Assembly: GCF_030684315.1 (NCBI RefSeq)
Contig: NC_081356.1
Span: 79,468,835 to 79,532,834, forward strand
Source: Stegostoma tigrinum
Lineage: Eukaryota
Direction: 5' to 3'
DNA length: 64,000 bases
In this document: positions 1 through 11,776 of the stretch, one piece after another
Layout of the letters: each line of letters starts with the position of its first letter
Position numbering within the stretch: the stretch's first letter is position 1
Notes under the pieces: model-generated
Seen by the model: the letters and a program-made list of their open reading frames with translations, nothing else
The model's database searches: none
Told to the model about the DNA's origin: nothing
Position numbers and translations under genes: made by a program

Positions 1-429
1 GTGGTGTAAATTCTACCTAGCTCTAAACTTATTGTCTTCCCGGTCTGTTTATGTGTATTTATTTCACCTCCTGCAAAGGAGCCATTGGGAAATTGTATAC
101 CAAAAACAAAATGTAGTATTCTTCAATCATGTGCAATGGAGTAAGATTTGTTTTCAAAATTCAGTACAAGTTGCATTGTGTAACAATCCCCAAAAGATTC
201 TCCTTTGTTAATCAACTGGATTCCACTCGTCTGCTTGCATTTTTTATCTCTCCATTCTTGGCTAAAAGATCATCTGCAGTGGCTTCTCTTCCTGTTCCTG
301 TACCTGTACCATTACTTCTGAAGTTCCCCAAAGAACTCACCTTAACTCCTCCTCCTATTTCTCATTCACCTATTATGCCTAGATTAAAACAATTTAAAAT
401 ACGACCTGGGATTGAATCCAGATGGTATG

Positions 430-920
430 AAGTTAAATACACTGGAGGTCCAAAGAGACTCTGGGAGGAGAGGTGGGGTTCAGTTGCATAGATCTCTAAA
501 ATGTCATGAACAGGTGCAGAAAGTAATTGAGAATGTTAATGAAATGCTGGCCTTTATGTTGAGAGGATGGGAGCACAAGAATGCAGAAGTCATGCTGCAG
601 TTATACAAAGCCCAGATTAGACTCCACTCAGAGTATTGTGAGCAGATCTGGGCACGACACCTTAGGAAGGATATATTGGCCTTTGGAGTGTAAAATATAT
701 TTACAAGAATGATCCTGGACTTCATTGGTTATACAAATTATGTCTGTTTTCTCTCAAATTTAGAAGGTCAAGGGGTGATCTGATTGAAGTCTGAAAAAAA
801 GGGCTGATCATCTGGGATCGAGTTGAAGCTAATTGTTTTCACTCAGATGGTCGTGTATCTTTGAAATTCTCTATCCCAGGGAATTTTTTTTATGACTGAA
901 AATACTTACGGCTGAGATTT
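430..920 (+). mobile_element. Decayed CR1-type LINE, 3' RT region
   Basis: ORF 412..693 contains MLAFMLRG.EHKNAEVMLQLYKAQIRLHSEYCEQIW, the CR1 ORF2 C-terminal LYK.LVRPHLEYC.QFW motif. Confidence 0.8.
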
Positions 921-1494
921 CAGGCTTGATTAGTACCGTCCCTGTGCCAGGAATGTTTTCAGTAAGGGGTGGAGAGGGCTCAAAAAATATGTTGAATGGC
1001 CAGCCCACTGTCTTGCTGCCCTGACTGATTCCTTGTAACGCTGAGGAAGAGCAAGTTGCCCACTAGGACGCTACCTCTAGGCCCTAAACAGCCCAAAGTA
1101 AGAGGCAATTAAAGGCTTCAATCTACTTCCAGTGCCCCACAATGCTTGGTGCTGTTGGGTCAGAGGAATAAAGCTATTTCGAAAATTGTTTAATTAAAAA
1201 AGTGGGACAGAAGGAGGGCACAAAAATTGGGGGGTGCCCTCTGGACACCAAGAGAATCCGCCATTTATTCATGCGCTGACCTCCCTCACTGCCTCTTTAC
1301 CCAACCCATCCTGCTCAAAGTCTGGGACTTGGCTCACTCCAGTTGCTGTTGTACATCTTTGCAGAGATGCTACTTACTTTGTCGGACTCGAATGGTTAGA
1401 TCAGTGAGACAGCACGTTTCTACTGAGCTGAGTTTGAAATAAAATACTTAAATGCCATCACAGGAAAGGCATGAGTTGATTGGTACTAAAATAA

Positions 1495-1668
1495 ATGCAA
1501 AGAACTGCAGATGCTGGAAATCTGAAACAGAAGCAGAGTATTGGAGAAACATGTCAGTTCTTCTTGCCAGATCTGCTAAGGAGTCACTGGTCTTGAAACA
1601 TTTGCTGTTTTTCTCTTTACAGATGCTGCCAGATATGTTGGGTTTCTCCAGCACTCTGTATATTTCAT
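1495..1668. mobile_element. Old PLE-derived short element (family B), partly inverted
   Basis: aagaactgcagatgctggaaatctgaaac tail plus inverted cagatgctgccaga..ctccagcact arm; degenerate ..gaaacatt core. Confidence 0.55.
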
Positions 1669-1914
1669 GAGTTGATTGGTGCTGAGCTGTTTGGGAATGT
1701 GTTTCAACTCAAGTAGCGCTCTCTTCAAACAGAAAGTAAGAATTTATAGGCCCAGGATAAAGGAAAATAGGTAGGTCATACCGGAGTGCACAGAGATCCC
1801 CCTCGCTAACTGGTTTTCTCTTCTGGGTATTGTGAGAGTGATGGCTTCTTAAAACAATGCAGCAAAAGCCAAGCAGATAGCACCATGGAAGGCTTAACCA
1901 CATAGGATGAAGGA

Positions 1915-2440
1915 AGAAGAGTGGATTGGTAGTACTTATAGAGGATTCTTTAGTTAGAGAAACAGACAGGTATTTCTGCAGCCATCAATGTGGCTCCAGG
2001 ATTGTTTGTTGCCTCCCTTGTGCTAGGGTTAAGGATATTAAGAAACCGCTGCAGGACATTCTCCCGTGGGAGGGCAAACAGCAAGACGTCATGGTCCGTA
2101 TTAGTACTAACTTCACAGGTGGGAATGGGACATGATACTGAAATCTGAATTTAGATAATTGAGCATAAAATTAGGAAGCAGGACCTCCAAAAGTAGTAAC
2201 GTCCCAATTACTAGTGCTGCTACTTGCATGTGAGCACAGAAATAGGAAGATAAAGAGGAATATATGGCTGGTACTAGATGGAATTGATGGGTTAGATTGC
2301 TGGGACACTGCCTGGCTCTGGAGGAAGGTTAAAGCTGTACAAGCTGGCTTGGTTGTATCTTTCTGAAGAGAGGCAGGACTGAATTCCCAGCAGTGCTTTT
2401 TGCTTGTGCTGCTGGAAAAATTTAAACTAAACCTTTGGGA
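1915..2440 (+). mobile_element. CR1 ORF1 SGNH-esterase remnant
   Basis: ORF 1926..2135 VVLIEDSLVRETDRYFC...VCCLPCARVKDI...VMVRISTN resembles the GDS.VR / CCLPGARV / VVHIGTND blocks of CR1 esterases. Confidence 0.8.
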
Positions 2441-2687
2441 TTTGAGAACAAGGAGACAATATTAGAAAGTAATGTCAGGGTGCACAAAATGCTGGGTGAG
2501 ACAGATAGCACTAAAACGGGGAATAGTAAGTTAATAGGTGGAGTTGGGTATTAAATTTTTCTGGGTGACAAAAGGGATTAAGTTAAAGAAGAAAAACTCA
2601 GATTGTGATAGGTGTCAGGTAGTAATTACAATTACGAACCAAGCAGAAGATATAAGGTCTAGAAGGAACCTGAAGGAGTACATAAAA

Positions 2688-3021
2688 GTGGCTCAGTGGT
2701 TAAAACTGCTGCCTCGCAGTACCACGGACCCAGTTTGATTCCACCCTCAGGCAACTATCTGCATGGCATTTGCACGTTCTCCCCATGTCTGTGTGGGTTT
2801 CCTCTGGGTGCTCTGGTTTCCTCCCACAGTCTAAAAGATGTGCAGGCTAGGTGGATTGACCATGCTAAATTGCCCGAAGTGTTCAGGGGTGTAGGTGGGT
2901 TAGCCATGGGAAATGCAGGATTACAAGGAAATGGGGATTGGGTCCGGGCAGGATGCTCTTCAGAGGATCAGTGTGGGCCTGTTGGGCAGGATGGCCTTTT
3001 TCTACGCTGTAGGGTTTCTAT
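2688..3021 (+). mobile_element. HE1-like tRNA-derived V-SINE
   Basis: A box gtggctcagtggtt, B-box-like gtttgattcc, V-domain ttctccccatgtctgtgtgggtttcctctgggtgctctggtttcctcccacagtc. Confidence 0.85.
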
Positions 3022-3527
3022 AGAAAAGGGAGTATGACAGGATACTGGCAGCTAACATCGAAGAAAATTTCAAAGTTTGTAGATCTCTCAACATTGGGAA
3101 AATTATAAACTGTGATCATGACAGACTAGAACTTCAAATGGACTCTGTCAGGTTGGAGGAGTAGGCAGCTAGGTGGCAGGTTAAGTTCATTGTTGAGAAG
3201 TGTGAGGTACAAAGAATATAGGGAGGTAGCATGAAATAAAGGCTCCTGTTGTAAAGTATAGGTAGAATCATAAAGACCATTTGGTACAGAAGAAGCCTCT
3301 CAAACAACGGAATCTGTACCAATGAAAAAAAATCTCAAACCTACTCTCTCTCCACTTTCTAGCACTTGGTCCATAGCCTTGAATGTTACATCTTTTCAAG
3401 TGTTCATCCAAGCACATTTTAGAGGTGAGAGATAATGGGAACTGCAGATGCTGGAGAATCCAAGATAATAAAATGTCAGGCTGGATGAACACAGCAGGCC
3501 AAGCAGCATCTCACGAGCACAAAAGCT

Positions 3528-3555
3528 GACGTTTCGGGCCTAGACCCTTCATCAG
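3528..3555 (-). ncRNA. Minimal hammerhead ribozyme core (PLE type)
   Basis: Minus strand reads CUGAUGA A GGGU CUAG GCCC GAAAC GUC. Confidence 0.75.
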
Positions 3556-3673
3556 AGAGGGGGACGGGGTGAGGGTTCTGGAATAAATAGGGAGAGAGGG
3601 GGAGGCGGACCGAAGATGGTCCGCCTCACCCTCTCTCCCTATTTATTCCCGAACCCTCACCCCATCCCCCTCT

Positions 3674-3701
3674 CTGATGAAGGGTCTAGGCCCGAAACGT
3701 C
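3674..3701 (+). ncRNA. Minimal hammerhead ribozyme core (PLE type), sense to host pre-mRNA
   Basis: ctgatga a gggt ctag gccc gaaac gtc: all core positions, 4-bp stem II, palindromic ACGU helix III. Confidence 0.75.
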
Positions 3702-4479
3702 AGCTTTTGTGCTCGTGAGATGCTGCTTGGCCTGCTGTGTTCATCCAGCCTCACATTTTATCATCTTACATTTTAGAGGTCATGAGTTTCCTGATTCAAC
3801 TTCCTTTCCATTCTTGTTACAAACCACCTTCTGGAAAAAATGTTTTCCTCAAATCCCCTCTCTACCTTCTGGCTTTCACTTTAAAATTGTGCCCCCTTGT
3901 TATTGACCCTTTGTCTAAGGGGAACAGCTAAATTCCTGAGCCATCCAGCCTCCCTTCATGGCAAAACTGCTCCATTCCAGGCAACAAGAATCTGTAGATA
4001 AGCATCCCAATATCCCTCTGTTCCTCTAAGCTTCCTGGTGTCCTGTTATTCATTGGGTACTCCCTTGTGTTGATACTACTTCCATTTCATACTTATCCAT
4101 ATTAAATTCCGTCTGCCATTGATGTACTCATTTGACCAATCTGTCTATACGCTTCTGTAACCCAAGACTTCCTTCCTCACTGTCAACCACTGCCCAATCT
4201 TGATGTTATCTACAAACTCTCTTATTATCCCTCCAATGTCTTTTCTATATCAATTTATATCATCATGAACAATAAAGGGATCGAGCACTGATATGCCAGC
4301 TTTGAGACACAAACAACCTTCCACCATCCTCTGTCTCCTACCAATAAGCCAATTTTGGATCCACCATGCCAAGTTACCCTGGATCACATGTGCTTTTACC
4401 TCTATCAGTCACCTAGGTGAGGCCTTTTAAAGGCTTTGCTGAGTCAGAGAAAGCAGTTATTAAAACACTATTCTGTAAC

Positions 4480-5290
4480 TTAAACAGGGGCATTGTGTAT
4501 CAGTGATAATGGGAACAGCAGATGCTGGAGAATCCAAGATAATAAAATGTGGAGCTGGATGAACACAGCAGGCCCAGCAGCATCTCAGGAGCACAAAAGC
4601 TGACGTTTCGGGTCTAGACCCTTCATCAGAGGAATCATCTGATGAAGGGTCTAGGCCTGAAACGTTAGCTTTTGTGCTCCTGAGATGCTACTTGGCCTGC
4701 TGTGTTCATCCAGCTCCATACGTTGCATTGTGTATCAGAACAGGTATGTTCTGCTGAACTCGTATAGGACCCTAGTTAAACCTCAGTTGGAATACTGTGT
4801 ACTGTTTTGGGCATCATACTTTAAGAAGGATATGAATGCATTGGAGAAAGTGTGGAAGAAGATTACAGGAATTGTTCAGGGATGAGAAACTTCAGTTTTG
4901 AAAATAGATTGTTGAAGTTGGGGTTGTTTTCCTTGAAGAGATTGCTGCAGAGAGATTGCATGGAAGGTTTCAAAATCATGAAGCGTCTGGGCAAAGTAGA
5001 TAGGGAAGGATCGGGAACTAGATGACACTGATTTTAAAGTAGCAAATGCAAGGTGAGAAAACCTTTTTCACACAGTGAGTATCTAGGGTTGGAATGCATG
5101 GCCTGCAAATGAGGGAGAGGCAGGTTCAATTGAGACATTAGATGATTGTTTAAGTTTAACAAAGTGAAGGATTATGGGGAAAAGGCAGCCAAATGCCTTT
5201 CAAAAGATAATGGCAAAGTGCTCGGAATGCTGAAGCAAACATGAAGGACTGAATGGCCTCCTCTGCATCACAGTAATTCTGTGATCCTGA
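4480..5290 (+). mobile_element. CR1-type LINE 3' fragment hosting a PLE insertion
   Basis: LLNSYRTLVKPQLEYCVLFWASYFKKDMNALEKV; 3' end gactgaatggcctcctctgc...taattctgtgat. Confidence 0.8.
4504..4724. mobile_element. PLE family A fold-back copy
   Basis: Inverted arms turning just past the hammerhead (cores 4602-4629 minus, 4639-4666 plus); 14-bp TSD gcattgtgtatcag (4490-4503, 4725-4738). Confidence 0.9.
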
Positions 5291-6048
5291 GATGTTTATA
5301 GTCCCAGCAGTATCCATGCATGACTGTTCTGGTGCTGCTGGTGAATGAGATTGACCAGCAATTCTCAAGGGAGAGACTTGCTGTTTCTGAAGTGTAGACC
5401 TCAGACTTTTAGCCTGGCGATACTGCCCTCAGTGGAGTATTGCTGGGGATGGAGGAAGGTGGGGCATCTTTTTGAAAATTTGGTCTACTTGGAACACCCT
5501 CAAAAACCCTACAAATGTTGATATTGCTCAATGATCCACTCTTGCTATGTCTAATATTGTGAATAATTTTCATTTTGCTGGCAACGGATCTCGTTTCCTT
5601 CCTGCTATTCAAATACTGTTAACTGACATGATGTAATCTACTCATGGGAGTACATAGTAAGCATACAAGTTATGGAGTTTTCTGCTGGATAGCACGCTCA
5701 TGGAAACAACAAGCTGATAATAACAGATTTATTCTGTTGTTGTTTTATATTCAATTTGTCCTGCCCGGCATCTCATATCCTAAGTTTCAACTCATTGAGA
5801 TGAGTTAGTTGTAAACTTGTGTTATCTTTAGTGGAAGAACATACATGATAAAGTCATACAACACAACATTATGAGTGTGTTTGGGGACAAATTTCTGAAC
5901 TCCAACAAAATTGACTTGTATGTATAAATGTTGACAGGAAAAGCAACTAAAAATGATAACAGTTCAACAACCACCCCAAACAGGAGGATATACAGGTGAT
6001 TTGAAGATTTTAAAATAATACCTATAAATACCTCTATTTGAATTCCAG

Positions 6049-6137
6049 GGTGAAAACCAGACAGAGTATTTTTTAGGATTAACACCAGTTGGGGTTGTTG
6101 TCTACAAGAACAAAATACAAGTTGGAAAGTATTTCTG
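6049..6137 (+). CDS. EPB41L4A: EPB41L4A internal coding exon (FERM C-lobe)
   Basis: ccag| acceptor, |gtaggt donor; encodes [29 protein letters not shown](W), close to recalled human [30 protein letters not shown]; phase 0 to 2. Confidence 0.96.
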
Positions 6138-6227
6138 GTAGGTAACCTTTTAAATGTACTCTGATTTTGACTTTCATGCTTCATTTGTTTTAATTTGAAC
6201 TTAAAAAGGTTCTCTGTTTGGTAACAG

Positions 6228-6291
6228 GCCACGAATAACCAAGGTGAACTTCAGAGAAACCCAGTTTGAACTAAGAGTACTAGGCAAAGAT
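6228..6291 (+). CDS. EPB41L4A: EPB41L4A coding exon (FERM C-lobe)
   Basis: aacag| ... |gtaagt after a 90-nt intron; (W)PRITKVNFRETQFELRVLGKD; phase 2 to 0. Confidence 0.96.
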
Positions 6292-7868
6292 GTAAGTACT
6301 ATAGCAGCATGATAGTTTTCCATTTTCCTTGACATCAATCCATTAGGCGGCTCTTCAAAAGATTATTTGTAAATTAGTTCCTGTGCTGAGTAGCCTTTGG
6401 GCCACAGATTACAGATACTTTCAATTCGACCTGACATGAACACTTTCAGAAGGTGGCAACAGGATGGATAAGTTCAACAGCTTCAGTGAACAGTGAGTTT
6501 GGAGCAGCCAAACAGCTGAACGTAGCTGAAGTGCATTGGTTTGCTGTTAACAGCTGTACACCAGCCACTCGACAGCCCGCATATTTAGCATTGCACTGGA
6601 GGGGCAAGGGCTTGCCAACATTTGTATTAGTTTCCACCGTAGATGTACTTTTGATGGACTGAGCCCTAACTTTTTACCCCATGCACATTTCAAAGTTATA
6701 GATATCAGCAATCATGAAAACAGAGCCCATGGCCTTTTGCTCACTTGGCAAGCTTGACGCTGAAATAAACTGCCATGTTTATCCTGATCAGATGATTGTT
6801 CACTTTATATGATGCAAATTTGCAAGTGAGTCAAAGGGCATTGTTTCAAACTTAAAGTATCTCAAATTACCCTGCAAGGAAACTTACCTCTAAAGTGAGA
6901 ACGCTAGGTTAAGCAAGTTGTTTCATGCTGCTGCTATGAATTGGCTATGAGAGTGAAACTATCCACTGACCAGTTGCAGCTATTGGTCCAAGAAGACATT
7001 CTGCCCACCCCACAATTGAGCAGCATTGTGTGAGAATGTCAGTGCCTATGCTATGCCGGCTACGTAGGCTGTAGGTCAGTGATTGGTCATTTGAATCAAA
7101 CATGTTCCTTTTTGGTTATTCCTAATAGCAGACCATACCCAACCAGCCATTGCTTGCAAAGCCCAAAACAAAGTATTTTCTATTAGCTTTGAGTTGAGTA
7201 GATAAAATGTCATGTATGAAGTTGATGGAAGTAACAACCATTCACATACAGAGACCCATTCTCTGCAAACAAAAGAATGTATTCAGGCCTTGTGTCTTTT
7301 TAAAATTAGCTGGACCTTGGTTAAGCTGAAGTTTTCTCTTACTATCACCATGGTAACACCTCAGATTCAAACTCAAAGACTGGAAATCTTGTGCAAAAAT
7401 AGGTGGCAGTTCAGAAGACTACACAGAATATAAAAGGAATTGCTAAAATTTTAAGGAGAGAAAATTTGAGACCAAAGGAAAGACAGCAAAAAGTATAAAG
7501 ACAGATCAGAAAAGATTTTTAGGGTATGCAAAAAGAAACAGTTTAAAAAGTAAGTTTTACTCCTCTAGAAAATGAGTCTGGGGATCTCGTAATGAAGGAT
7601 GACAAGATGGCAGATGAATTGAATGGATTTTTTTTGTTGATCTTCACTAGAGTACGCAAGTAGCATCCTGGAAATAGCTGTAAATTAGGAATTGAAAGGG
7701 AGGGAGGAACTCACAAAAATTATAACTACAATGGAAGTGGTTCTGAGTAAATTGTTGGAACTGCATGTTGTAGGTCTCCAGGTCCTTATCCTAGGCTCTT
7801 ATTAGAAGTTGCCAGTGAAATAGTTGGTGTTGGTTTTGGTTTTCCACAACTCATTAGATTTGTGAAAG

Positions 7869-7900
7869 AGATAGTAAGAACTGCCGACGCTAGAGAATCT
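7869..7900 (-). mobile_element. 32-bp PLE 3'-tail micro-insertion
   Basis: agatagtaagaactgccgacgctagagaatct between perfect 12-bp duplications gatttgtgaaag (7857-7868, 7901-7912). Confidence 0.8.
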
Positions 7901-8232
7901 GATTTGTGAAAGGTTCTTTTAAGCTGGAAAATAGTTAATGTAACTCCTTTATCCAAAAAAGGAGGGAGACAAAGCAGGAAACTGTAGACCAGTTAGCCTA
8001 ACCTGTCATAGGGATGATATTAGAAGTTTTAAGTTAAGACAATGTAACTTTGCACTTGGATAAGTTTAGGTAATTGGGCAGAGACAGTATGGTTTTGTCA
8101 AGGGAGAATCATGTTTAACTAACTTATTGGAATATTTTGGAAAAGCTATTTGTATTGTGTAGATAAAGGGGAACCAGTGGGTGTATTGTACTTGGGTATG
8201 CAGAAGGCAAGTAAGTACCACATCATTATATA

Positions 8233-8950
8233 CTTGTGGAAAATGGAAGCTCATAGAATCATACAGTACTGAAGAGGCACTTTGGCCCACTGAGTCTGTG
8301 CTGTCAAAATACACTAAATCTACACTAATCCCACTTTCTAGTACTTGGTCCAGAGCCTTGAATGTTATGATACTTCAAGTGTTCATCCAACAACTTTGTA
8401 AAAGGTAAGGTTATCCATCTCAACAACCCTCCCTCAAAGCATATTCCAGATTCCTACCACCCTCTGGGTGAAAACATTTTTCCTCAAGTCCCCTCTAAAC
8501 CTCCCGCCTTTCATCTTAAGTGTGCCCCCTTGCTATTGACCCTTCAATTAAGGGCAACAGTTGCTTTATATCTGCCTTGTCCATGCCTCCCATAATCTTA
8601 CATACCTCTATCAGATAACCCCCCACCCCAACCTTCTCAACAGCAAAGAAAACAACCTGAGCCTATCTAGCCTCCCTTCGCAGATAAGGTGTTCCACCCC
8701 AGGCAACATCCTGGTGAATTCCATTTGCACCCACTCCAGAGCAATTGCATCCTTCCTATAGTGTGTAACGACCTGAACAATGTACAGTATTCCCATTCAG
8801 TCCTAACCGATGCTCTGTACAACTGCAACATGAACTTCCTGCCCTTTATAATCTATCCTTTGACTAATAAAGGCAAGTGTCCTGTATGCCTTCATAACTA
8901 CCATGTTAGGAATCTATGGGCAAGCACCTCAAGTGCTTCCTGATGTCCTG
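8233..8950 (-). mobile_element. CR1 3' fragment nested in opposite orientation
   Basis: Minus ORF 8611..8796 RKDAIALEWVQMEFTRMLPG...RLDRLRLFSL; tail catagaatcatacag at left end. Confidence 0.8.
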
Positions 8951-9560
8951 CCAGCATCACCTCACACTTATGGTGTAGTGGGTAACATACTTGTGTGGAG
9001 AAAAGATTGGCTTGCTAACAGGAAGCAGAAAGTAGGAATAAATAGGTCCTTTTAAGGCTAGCAGGATGTCATGAGTGGTGTCTCACATGTATTGGTGCTG
9101 AGGCCTTGGCTCTTTGCAATTTATTAAAATGACTTGGATGAAGGGGCTGAAAATATAGTAGTTAAACTTATTGATGACAGGTAGCTAGGGAAGTGAGCTG
9201 TGGTGATGACATAAGGAGCGACAAAGGGAGATGCACAAGTTAAATGAGTAGGCAAGTATTTGGCAAATGGATTAATATGTGCAAAGTGTAAAATTGTCCT
9301 AGGCCTCTATCCTCTGGAGTTTAGAATAGTCAGAGGTGACTGAATTGAAACACAAGATCCTGAATGGATTTTGCAGGGTCGTTGTTGGAAGGATATTTCC
9401 TCTTCTGGGAGAATCGAGAACTAGGGGTCACCTATTTAAAACACAGATGAGGAAACTTCTTTGATAATGGGAACTGCAGATGCTGGAGAATTCCAAGATA
9501 ATAAAATGTGAGGCTGGATGAACACAGCAGGCCAAGCAGCATCTCAGGAGCACAAAAGCT

Positions 9561-9588
9561 GACGTTTCGGGCCTAGACCCTTCATCAG
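9561..9588 (-). ncRNA. Minimal hammerhead core downstream of the GIY-YIG ORF, same strand
   Basis: CUGAUGA A GGGU CUAG GCCC GAAAC GUC, ~225 nt 3' of the ORF stop. Confidence 0.78.
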
Positions 9589-9812
9589 AGAGGGGGATGG
9601 GGAGAGGGAACTGGAATAAATAGGGAGAGAGGGGGAGGCGGACCGAAGATGGAGAGTAAAGAAGATAGGTGGAGAGAGTATAGGTGGGGATGTAGGGAGG
9701 GGATAGGTCATTCCAGGGAAGACGGACAGGTCAAGGAGGTGGGATGAGGTTAGTAGGTGGATGGGGGTGCGGCTTGGGGTGGGAGGAAGGGATGGGTGAG
9801 AGGAAGAACCGG

Positions 9813-10324
9813 TTAGGGAGGCAGAGACAGGTTGGACTGGTTTTGGGATGCAGTGGGTGGGGGGGAAGAGCTGGGCTGGTTGTGTGGTGCAGTGGGGGGA
9901 GGGGATGAACTGGGCTGGTTTAGGGATGCAGTTGGGGAAGGGGAGATCTTGAAACTGGTGAAGTCCACATTGATACCATTAGGCTGCAGAGTTCCCAAGT
10001 GGAATATGAGTTGCTGTTCCTGCAACCTTCGGGTGGCATCATTGTGGCACTGCAGGAGGCCCATGATGGACATGTCATCTAAAGAATGGGAGGGGGAGTG
10101 GAAATGGTTTGCGACTGGGAAGTGCAGTTGTTTGTTGCGAACTGAGCAGAGGTGTTCTGCAAAGCGGTCTCCAAGCCTCCGCTTGGTTTCCCCAATGTAG
10201 AGGAAACCACACCGGGTACAGTGGATGCAGTATACCACATTGGCAGATGTGCAGGTGAACCTCTGCTTAATGTGGAATGTCATCATGGGGCCTGGGATAG
10301 GGGTGAGGGAGGAGGTGTGGGGGC
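9813..10324 (-). pseudogene. Truncated but open PLE GIY-YIG endonuclease frame
   Basis: FTCTSANVVYCIHCTRCGFLYIGETKRRLGDRFAEH...VANHF...EQQLIFHLGTLQPNGIN: VVY/YIG motifs with conserved R, H, E, N; no RT and no native start. Confidence 0.88.
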
Positions 10325-11299
10325 AATGGTATCAATGTGGACTTCACCACCAGTTTCAAGATCTCCCCTTCCCCAACTGCATCCCGAAACCAGCCCAGTT
10401 CGTCCCCTCCCCCCACTGCACCACACAACCAGCCCAGCTCTTCCCCCCCCCACCCACTGCATCCCAACACCAGTCCAACCTGTCTCTGCCTCCCTAACCG
10501 GTTCTTCCTCTCACCCATCCCTTCCTCCCACCCCAAGCCGCACCCCCATCCACCTACTAACCTCATCCCACCTCCTTGACCTGTCCGTCTTCCCTGGAAT
10601 GACCTATCCCCTCCCTACATCCCCACCTATACTCTCTCCACCTATCTTCTTTACTCTCCATCTTCGGTCCGCCTCCCCCTCTCTCCCTATTTATTCCAGT
10701 TCCCTCTCCCCATCCCCCTCTCTGATGAAGGGTCTAGGCCCAAAACGTCAGCTTTTGTGCTCCTGAGATGCTGCTTGGCCTGCTGTGTTCATCCAGCCTC
10801 ACATTTTATTATCTGAGGAAACTTCTTTACTCTGGGCGGTTAGTGTGTTTGGAATTTCCTTCCTCAAAAGGCTATGGGTGCTGAATCTTTAAACATTTTT
10901 AAGGCCAATTTAGACAGATTCTTGATTGCCAAGTGGATGAAAGATTATCAGGGGTATGCAGGAATGTAGAAAATAGAATGATTTTTAAAATTTTACATAT
11001 AGAATCAGTCAGTCATGTTTAGAAGCTTAAATGATTCTTGTGATGAATTCATAAAAATATATTGGCATATTATTTTTGGTGTATGAATTTAATGGTCTGT
11101 TTCTCTGCATGACTGAAAGTAAAGGATAACCCTGACGATGTTGTTACAATGTTTACTTTTCATGCGAAAAGAACAATTTAATGAAATCGGACGAGGCATT
11201 TCTCAATCAGCAAAGTCATAAGAGCCCAGTGTTGGATTAGGTATATGGGCATGGATACAGAATTGGCTCATGGGCAAGAAACAACAAGTGGGGATAAGG

Positions 11300-11500
11300 A
11301 GATAGTAGGAACCACTGATGCTGGAGTCTGAAATAAGTGTGGAGCTGGAAGGACGCAGCATGCCAGGCAGCATCAGAGGAGCAGGAAAGTTGACATTTTG
11401 GGTTTTTTTCTGAAGAAGGGTCCTGACCTGAAACGTCAGCTTTCCTGCTCCTCTGATGCTGCCTGGCCTGCCGTGTTCCTCCAGCTCCACACTGGTATCG
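11300..11500. mobile_element. PLE family A variant fold-back copy
   Basis: Inverted arms; plus-strand core ctgaaga a gggt cctg acct gaaac gtc (11410-11437); 13-bp TSD agtggggataagg (11287-11299, 11501-11513). Confidence 0.88.
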
Positions 11501-11776
11501 AGTGGGGATAAGGGTTTTTTTCACGTTGACCTATAACCAATGGGAATCCACAGGGATTGCTGCTGGGACTGCAACTGTTTATAATTTATATTGATGATTT
11601 GGGGAAAGGAAATGAATACATTGTAGCCAAATTTGCCGATGATATGGATAAGCAGGTTGAGAGAAGAATATAAACAGTTTGAGAGATTTGATAGGTTAAG
11701 TAAGTGGGCAAAAAGTTATCAGATGGAATATAGAATGATAAAAGGCAAAATTGTTCAATTTTGAAGAGTTCATTTT

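Larger units (their letters stand above)
3431..3766. mobile_element. PLE family A fold-back copy
   Basis: Arms 3463-3611 and 3618-3766 are reverse complements around a 6-nt loop; flanking duplication acattttagaggt (3414-3426, 3768-3780). Confidence 0.9.
3300..4445 (-). mobile_element. Decayed CR1-type LINE 3' part, interrupted by the PLE at 3431
   Basis: Similar to the other minus-strand CR1 tails (8233-8950, 39955-40680): ccatagccttgaatgtta..., cccccttgttattgaccc. Confidence 0.65.
9463..10813 (-). mobile_element. 5'-truncated Penelope-like element (probably Neptune-type) with inverted terminal arm
   Basis: GIY-YIG frame on minus strand; arms ~9496-9980 and 10325-10814 are inverted repeats; 15-bp TSD tgaggaaacttcttt (9448-9462, 10814-10828). 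Confidence 0.93.
7430..10975 (+). mobile_element. Decayed CR1 ORF2 with nested insertions
   Basis: Motifs ggaaactgtagaccagttagcc (N.RPVSL), YGFVKGESCLTNLLEYF, ttggcttgctaacaggaagcag; resumes after nested elements at 8233-8950 and 9463-10813. Confidence 0.75.

Noticed and set aside
129-491. 120-aa ORF at window start
   Set aside because: No recognisable domain or fitting splice context; runs into a CR1 remnant.
10152-10766. 204-aa Pro/Ser-rich ORF and similar ORFs at 55452 and 58594
   Set aside because: Alternative frames through the C-rich PLE arm; low complexity, not host genes.
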